This document shows, one piece after another, positions 58,240 through 64,000 of a DNA stretch of 64,000 nt (the first letter of the stretch is position 1; each line of letters opens with the position of its first letter). Under the pieces are notes generated by a model that had not been told where the DNA came from, ran no database searches, and worked only from the letters and a program-made list of their open reading frames with translations. This DNA comes from an uncultured Planctomycetaceae bacterium (lineage in GTDB: Bacteria > Planctomycetota > Planctomycetia > Planctomycetales > Planctomycetaceae): contig CAWFAK010000009.1 of NCBI GenBank assembly GCA_963813715.1, positions 224,001 through 288,000 of the forward strand. Reading direction: 5' to 3'. Both the position numbers and the translations under genes were made by a program.

Positions 58240-58455
58240 ATGCTGATCTTACGACGAAAAATCGGTGAAAGAATTGTCATCGACGGGCAAATCGAAGTGA
58301 CCGTGCTGCATGTCCAAGGCGGAAAAGTGCGATTAGGTTTTACCGCGCCGCGCCATGTGCGCGTGCTGCGGCAAGAGGTGCTGCGGGCGTCGACAGACAG
58401 CGCGATCTCCGATCCGACCGCTGCGGCTGTTGAAGTGGAAGCGTCGGTCACGTAA
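58240..58455 (+). CDS. csrA: Carbon storage regulator CsrA family
   Basis: MLILRRKIGERIVI..IEVTVL..KVRLGFTAP..VLRQEV. Confidence 0.92.
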   Translation: MLILRRKIGERIVIDGQIEVTVLHVQGGKVRLGFTAPRHVRVLRQEVLRASTDSAISDPTAAAVEVEASVT

Positions 58456-58694
58456 AGCCCGCCGGCCCGGACGCGTGGCGGAAGGAGGATGCTTCAGTCC
58501 CGGATTTCCCTGCGCCATTGCCCGGCACCATTTCCCGTTGCGAGTTTCCATTTCTGATTTCTCATCGCACGCTTTCGTCCCCCTGCTCTGCGGTTAAAAT
58601 GCGAGATGCATCGACCCGGATGAGCGACTGCGAGTCTCAGGCCGCGAACAGGCGGAACGCTCACGAACTGCCGGAAGCGGAAGAGGTAGTTGCC

Positions 58695-59408
58695 ATGAGT
58701 ACCACGGCCACACGCAAGCAGCCCACCGTTCGCCGCCAAAAACATGTCGAGCCCGCCCAGGACCGGGCCAAGGTGCTGTTGGTCGATGACCACGAGATGC
58801 TCCGGCAGGGCATGCGGCTGCTCATCGAGCAGCAGAAAGATCTGCAAGTCTGTGGAGAAGCCACGGACGAGATCTCGGCCGTCAAGCAGTTTCGCGCCGC
58901 GGAACCCGACTTGGTAATTGTCGATCTGAGCCTCAAGGAGGGGGACGGGATCGAGCTCATCAAGCGGATCAAGCTGCTCGACCCTGAGGCCCGCATGCTC
59001 GTCTATTCGATGCATGACGAGCGCGTTTACGGAGAGCGGGCTCTCCGCGCCGGTGCGAAGGGTTACGTCAGCAAGCAGCAGCCCGCGCGAGCCGTGCTGC
59101 AGGCGATTCGCCGGGTGCTGGCCGGCTCGATGCACTTCAGCGGCGAGATGACGCAGCGACTGCTCGAGCGGGCGGCCGCCAGCGAGCCAATGAGTCCCGC
59201 ATCGCCGGTGGAAAGTCTCTCCGACCGGGAACTGGAAGTTTTCGAGATGATCGGCCGCGGTTTGACGACCCGTTCGATCGCGGCCAGTTTGCACTTGAGC
59301 CCGCGCACGGTCGACACATATCGGGAACGTCTCAAGATCAAACTGGCGCTGGCCAACTCGGCCGAATTGCATTACCGGGCCGTCCAATGGGTGCTCAAGG
59401 GGACTTGA
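58695..59408 (+). CDS. NarL/LuxR family response regulator
   Basis: LLVDDH, IVDLSL, GAKGYVSK, LSDRELEV HTH. Confidence 0.95.
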   Translation: MSTTATRKQPTVRRQKHVEPAQDRAKVLLVDDHEMLRQGMRLLIEQQKDLQVCGEATDEISAVKQFRAAEPDLVIVDLSLKEGDGIELIKRIKLLDPEARMLVYSMHDERVYGERALRAGAKGYVSKQQPARAVLQAIRRVLAGSMHFSGEMTQRLLERAAASEPMSPASPVESLSDRELEVFEMIGRGLTTRSIAASLHLSPRTVDTYRERLKIKLALANSAELHYRAVQWVLKGT

Positions 59409-59414
59409 AGCCGG

Positions 59415-60104
59415 ATGTCGAAAGAGCAGTGGACGGCGGTTGATCAATACCTGAGCGAAACTCTCGTGGCACCAGACGCCGCGCTCGACGCGGCGCTCGC
59501 GGACAGCAACGCGGCCGGTTTGCCCGCCATCAACGTCACGCCCCACCTGGGGAAATTCCTGTACCTCTTGGCCCGGATGCAAGGGGCGAAGAACATTCTC
59601 GAGATCGGCACGCTCGGCGGCTACAGCACGATCTGGCTGGCGCGGGCCCTGACCCCCGGCGGACGGCTGATCACCCTCGAAGTCGATCCGAAGCATGCTC
59701 AGGTGGCGCGGAAGAACGTCGCGCGGGCCGGCGTAGCTGATGTCGTCGATTTGCGGCTCGGCCGGGCCATCGATCTGTTGCCCGGCGTGGCCGCCGACAT
59801 GCGAGCCCCGTTCGACTTGATCTTCATCGACGCCGATAAGCCGAGCAATCCGGACTACTTCTCCCAGTCGCTGGAGCTGTCGCGGGTCGGGACGATCATC
59901 ATCATCGACAACGTCATTCGCAACGGCGCCGTCATCGATGAGCACAGCACCGACACCAGCGTGCAGGGAGTCCGCCGGATGAACAAAATGCTGGCCGCCG
60001 ACCCGCGGGTGACGGCGACGGCGTTGCAAACGGTCGGCAGCAAAGGCTACGACGGTTTCGCGATGGTGCTAGTGACCTCGGACCCGAAGCAGCCGGCCCG
60101 ATGA
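59415..60104 (+). CDS. O-methyltransferase (caffeoyl-CoA/COMT-like)
   Basis: ILEIGTLGGYS, FDLIFIDADK, IIDNV, KGYDG. Confidence 0.93.
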   Translation: MSKEQWTAVDQYLSETLVAPDAALDAALADSNAAGLPAINVTPHLGKFLYLLARMQGAKNILEIGTLGGYSTIWLARALTPGGRLITLEVDPKHAQVARKNVARAGVADVVDLRLGRAIDLLPGVAADMRAPFDLIFIDADKPSNPDYFSQSLELSRVGTIIIIDNVIRNGAVIDEHSTDTSVQGVRRMNKMLAADPRVTATALQTVGSKGYDGFAMVLVTSDPKQPAR

Positions 60105-60586
60105 CTGGTCAACCAGTGTTGAGTCAGCTGCGCGACTGGCTGACGTCTCAAAGTGTGACGTTTCGCGAAGTCCACCATGAGCCGACGACGACCTCCGAAC
60201 AGTCGGCTCGCGCCCGCGGCGAAGAGCTGCGCGTCGGCGGCAAGGCCCTCTTGATGAAGGGGGACGACGACCAGTTTCGCCTCTTCGTCCTGCCGGCCGA
60301 CCGCAAAGTCGATTCGAGCACCCTCCGGCAGAAGTTCGGCTTCAAGAAACTGCGGTTCGCCACGCCGGAAGAATTGAAGGCGGCGACCGGCCTGGTCCCC
60401 GGTTCGGTCCCGCCGTTCGGCCGTCCGATCCTGCCCTTCGACCTCTACGTCGATGCGGCCATTCGCGCGAACGATCGCATCGCGTTCAACGCCGGGTCGC
60501 TCACTGACTCGATGATCGTGCCGATGGCCGATTATTTGCGCGTGGCGGCGCCGACCGAGTGTTTCGCGTTCTCCGTCGAGCCCTGA
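60101..60586 (+). CDS. YbaK/ProX aminoacyl-tRNA editing domain protein
   Basis: HEPTTTSE, GKALLMK, TGLVPGSVPPFG, FNAGS. Confidence 0.9.
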   Translation: MTGQPVLSQLRDWLTSQSVTFREVHHEPTTTSEQSARARGEELRVGGKALLMKGDDDQFRLFVLPADRKVDSSTLRQKFGFKKLRFATPEELKAATGLVPGSVPPFGRPILPFDLYVDAAIRANDRIAFNAGSLTDSMIVPMADYLRVAAPTECFAFSVEP

Positions 60587-60670
60587 CCCGTCGTCAGCCT
60601 CATCGGTTGCGGAGCAGTCGATCTTGTTGGCCGGGTCGGCGGGGTCTATCCTTTGGAGAGGAGGAGCAAG

Positions 60671-61726
60671 ATGGGAATCGACCGAAGACAGTTTCTTGCG
60701 GAGGCAGCGGGACTGTTGGCGTTGTCGGCCGTTGACCCGGCCGGCGTTGCCCTGGGGGGGCCCGTTTCCCTTAAGGATCCCAAGGTCAACGACGCGGTCA
60801 AGCGCGGCCTCGACTTTCTCGCCCGCGAACAGCGCCGCCAGGGTTATTGGGAAGCGACGGGCGGCCAATATCGCGTGGCCATGACCGCGCTGGCCGCCAA
60901 TGCCCTGGCCTGCGAAGGGTCGACCACCACGCGCGGCAAGTATGCCGAGAACATTAAACTCGCCGTCGACTATCTCATCGAGCTGTCCAATCCCGAAACG
61001 GGGCTCATCGGCTACAGCCGCGATTACCACTACACCTACGGCCACGGCTTCGCGATGCTCTTCCTCTCGCAAATCTTCGGCGAGGAGGAGGATCTCCAGC
61101 GGCGACAGGACTTGCGGCGGGTGCTGACCAAGGCGGTCGATTTCAGCGTCGGAGCGCAGACGCCGGCCGGCGGTTGGGGCTACGTCTCCCACAAGGACCA
61201 GCCCGATTTCGACGAAGGCTCAACCTGCATCACGCAGGTGCAGGGGCTCCGCGGCTGTCGCAACGCGGGCATCCCGGTGCCGCAGCAATCGATCAAGGCG
61301 GCCGTCGAATACATCAAACGCTGCACGGCTTCCGACGGCGGCGTGCAGTACAGCATCCGCGGCGGGGGCACGCGACCCGCGATTACCGCGGCCGCCATCG
61401 CCTGCCTGTTCAACGCGGGCGAGTACGACAACGAATACGTGAAGAAGCTGCTCGACTACTGCGACAAAAACGTCTGGCCCGGCAGCTCGGCCACCCGTTA
61501 CTTCGGCCACTGGCACTACTCCCACTACTATTTCTCGCAGGTCATGTATCGCCTGGGTGACGAGAAGTGGAAGAAGTACTTCGACTGGGTGAGCAAAGAG
61601 ATCGTGCTCAAACAATCGGCGTCCGGCGCGTGGAAGGAAGGCCCCTACGGCCCCGTCTACCCGACGTCGATCAACCTCACGATCCTGCAGATGGACAACG
61701 GCTTCCTGCCGATCTACCAGCGCTGA
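60671..61726 (+). CDS. Prenyltransferase/squalene-cyclase repeat protein with Tat-like signal
   Basis: RRQFL; repeats GLDFLAREQ..GYW, AQTPAGGWGY, KQSASGAW. Confidence 0.85.
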   Translation: MGIDRRQFLAEAAGLLALSAVDPAGVALGGPVSLKDPKVNDAVKRGLDFLAREQRRQGYWEATGGQYRVAMTALAANALACEGSTTTRGKYAENIKLAVDYLIELSNPETGLIGYSRDYHYTYGHGFAMLFLSQIFGEEEDLQRRQDLRRVLTKAVDFSVGAQTPAGGWGYVSHKDQPDFDEGSTCITQVQGLRGCRNAGIPVPQQSIKAAVEYIKRCTASDGGVQYSIRGGGTRPAITAAAIACLFNAGEYDNEYVKKLLDYCDKNVWPGSSATRYFGHWHYSHYYFSQVMYRLGDEKWKKYFDWVSKEIVLKQSASGAWKEGPYGPVYPTSINLTILQMDNGFLPIYQR

Positions 61727-61766
61727 ACTGAACCGTTAAGCGCGCAGCGGCATTGTGCTTCCTTCG

Positions 61767-63214
61767 TCATGCGTGCTTCGTGCTTTTCGCAGCATGCAGC
61801 CAGTCGGTGTGAAACGTTCCTGGCTTGTCGACGCGCTGGTACGTGTGCGCGCCGAAGTAGTCTCGCTGGGCCTGCAACAAGTTGGCCGGCAGGCGATCGC
61901 GGCGATACGCGTCGTAATAGCTCAGCGCGGCGGAGAATCCGGGCACGGGCAGCCCCAGCTCGACGGCCGTGGTCACCACCCGTCGCCAGCTCGGCTGGGC
62001 CGCCGTGGTCGCCTTGCGGAAGAAGTCGTCCAGCAGCAGGTTCTCGAGGCCCGGCGTTTTGTCGAACGCCGTCTTGATGTCTTCCAGGAAGCGAGCGCGA
62101 ATGATGCAGCCGCCCCGCCACAAGAGGGCGATCTGCCCGTTGTTGAGCTTCCAGCCCAACTCCTTCGCGGCCGCGTCCAGCTGCACAAAGCCCTGCGCGT
62201 AGCTGGAAATCTTGGAGACATAGAGCGCCTGCCGCACGTCTTCGATGAACGCCTGCTTGTCGCCGCGAAATGAACTCTGCGGGCCGGTGAGCACCTTCGA
62301 CGCCCGGACGCGGGCCTCTTTCTGAGCGGACAGGCAGCGGGCGAAGACCGCCTCGGTGACCAGCGTGGTCGGCACGCCCAGGTCGAGGGCGTGCTGGCTC
62401 ATCCATTTGCCGGTCCCTTTCTGCTGGGCCGTATCGAGAATTTTGTCGACGAGCGAATCCCCTCCATTCGCCGTCCTTGACGCTGAAGATGTCGCGGGTG
62501 ATCTCGATCAAGTAGCTTTCCAGCTCCGTCCGGTTCCACGCATCGAAGACGTCGTACAGCTCGTCGTTGCCGAGGCCCAGCGCGTGCTTGAGCAGAAAGT
62601 AGGCCTCGCAGATCAGCTGCATGTCGCCGTATTCGATGCCGTTGTGGATCATTTTGACGTAGTGGCCCGAGCCCCCCTCGCCGATCCACTCGCAGCAGGG
62701 CATATCCGCCTTGGGCCCGACCTTGGCGGCGATCGCCTGAAAAATGGTCTTGATGTGCGGCCATGCGGCGCTCGTGCCGCCCGGCATGATGCTCGGCCCC
62801 TTGAGCGCCCCCTCTTCGCCGCCGGAGACGCCGGTGCCGACGTAGAGCAGGCCCTTGGCTTCCGCCTGCTTCGACGCGCCGCTCGGTGTCGGGAAAGTGC
62901 GTGTTGCCGCCGTCGATCAGGATGTCGCCGCGGCTCAAGTGCGGCTCGAGCTCGCCCAACAACTCGTCGACGGCCGGACCCGCTTTGACCATCATCATGA
63001 TCTTGCGCGGCGACTTGAGGCTGGCGATCAACTCCGGCAGCGAGTGATAGCCGTGGATCGACTTGCCCTTGGCGGGACCGGCGAGAAACTCGTCGACCTT
63101 GCTGGTCGTGCGATTGAACACGCCGACCGAGAAGCCGCGGTTGGCCATGTTGAGGACAAGATTCTGCCCCATCACGGCCAGGCCGATCAGGCCGATGTCA
63201 TTTTGCTCTGCCAT
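61767..63214 (-). CDS. gnd: 6-phosphogluconate dehydrogenase, decarboxylating (frameshifts near 62870 and 62465)
   Basis: [45 protein letters not shown]. Confidence 0.96.
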
Positions 63215-63238
63215 CCCGCGCTCCCTTGTTTGCGTCCC

Positions 63239-63352
63239 GGCGAGCGGCGGGTGTCAGCCCGCCGGTTCTTGAGAATCTAATATCGAGACCGCTTTCGACG
63301 TCTTTCAAATTCAAAAATTCAGGAACCGGCGGGCTGACACCCGCCGCTCGCC
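63239..63352. repeat. Inverted REP pair (REPIN-like)
   Basis: REP on - at 63239-63269 and on + at 63322-63352. Confidence 0.9.
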
Positions 63353-63355
63353 AAA

Positions 63356-64000
63356 TCATTTTGCCGGCTTAGCGGCGTGCCAGGGCGGTTGATCCGGCAG
63401 GTAGGACTCGAACTCCGCGACGAGCGCCTGCTCGTACTCGCCGCCGTAGTTGCTCGCGAGAAACCGGTCGCAGGCCTCGCGGAAAAATCGCTCCCAGCTG
63501 GCGTCCTCGTTGCCCGGGTTAGTCGGATAAAAGTGGGCGCCGACCGCTTTGGCCGCCGCCAGGTCGCCGGGGGCGTCGCCGATCATCAGCACGTTTTGCG
63601 GCCTGTAGCCGGCTTTCGACGCCTGGGCCAGAATTTCTTTCTTGCTGCCGACTTCCTGGCCGCAGATCGCCGCCACGGAGGCCGCGATGCCGTGTTCTTC
63701 CCACTCTTTCTTGAGCGCGGCCCCCGGCGTCGCCGAGCAGACGATCACGTCGGCCACGCTCGACAGCTTGTCGAGCGACTCGCGCACGAACGGGAACGGC
63801 GGCACGCCACGGACCATCGCGTCGATCGACTCGTTGACGGCGTGCGACCAGGCGTACGCCAGCGCCAGGTCCGGGTCTTTAGTTTTCTCGACCTCGGCCT
63901 TGAGTGCGGGCATTCCCAGCTTGCTTTCGCGCTGGAGCCAGCCGACGAGCCCGGCGAGCTTGGCGACGTGCACGTGGCGACGCGTGACCTCGGGCCGATC
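63356..64000 (-). CDS. HAD family hydrolase (5' part outside the window)
   Basis: VCSAT, GQEVGSK, LMIGDAPGD. Confidence 0.85.
   Translation of the reverse strand, partial: DRPEVTRRHVHVAKLAGLVGWLQRESKLGMPALKAEVEKTKDPDLALAYAWSHAVNESIDAMVRGVPPFPFVRESLDKLSSVADVIVCSATPGAALKKEWEEHGIAASVAAICGQEVGSKKEILAQASKAGYRPQNVLMIGDAPGDLAAAKAVGAHFYPTNPGNEDASWERFFREACDRFLASNYGGEYEQALVAEFESYLPDQPPWHAAKPAK

Overview
High-GC chromosomal window, most likely from a Planctomycetes member (PVC-type CxxCH protein, TPR plus double RNAP alpha-CTD protein, prenyltransferase-repeat protein). It is mostly housekeeping and metabolic genes: parB, a hydroxyproline catabolic trio, IDO-like dioxygenase, rpsR, zwf, gnd, oxyR, tilS, rny, hemD-hemE-hemY, folD, sulfite reductase, polX and csrA. 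Many genes, including normally essential ones, are split by single frameshifts, which looks like sequencing indel error rather than decay. Highlights: (1) a ~7.6 kb cassette with no integrase, bracketed by two complete tRNA-Pro(TGG) genes plus their upstream DNA, carrying a Fur/Zur-like palindrome, a His/Cys-rich CxxC...RGPP leader peptide, DUF58, a transglutaminase-like protein lacking its catalytic Cys, MoxR and a permease fused to a YHS-like domain, a candidate metal-responsive system; (2) a ~175-nt structured RNA behind a consensus sigma-54 promoter upstream of the heme genes; (3) a two-state SD/anti-SD RNA with a 14-codon ORF; (4) an OxyR box between oxyR and a di-heme cytochrome c; (5) a GTCC(C/G)G-rich array right after an orphan parB; (6) a REP/REPIN family whose variant supplies the stop codon of two genes.
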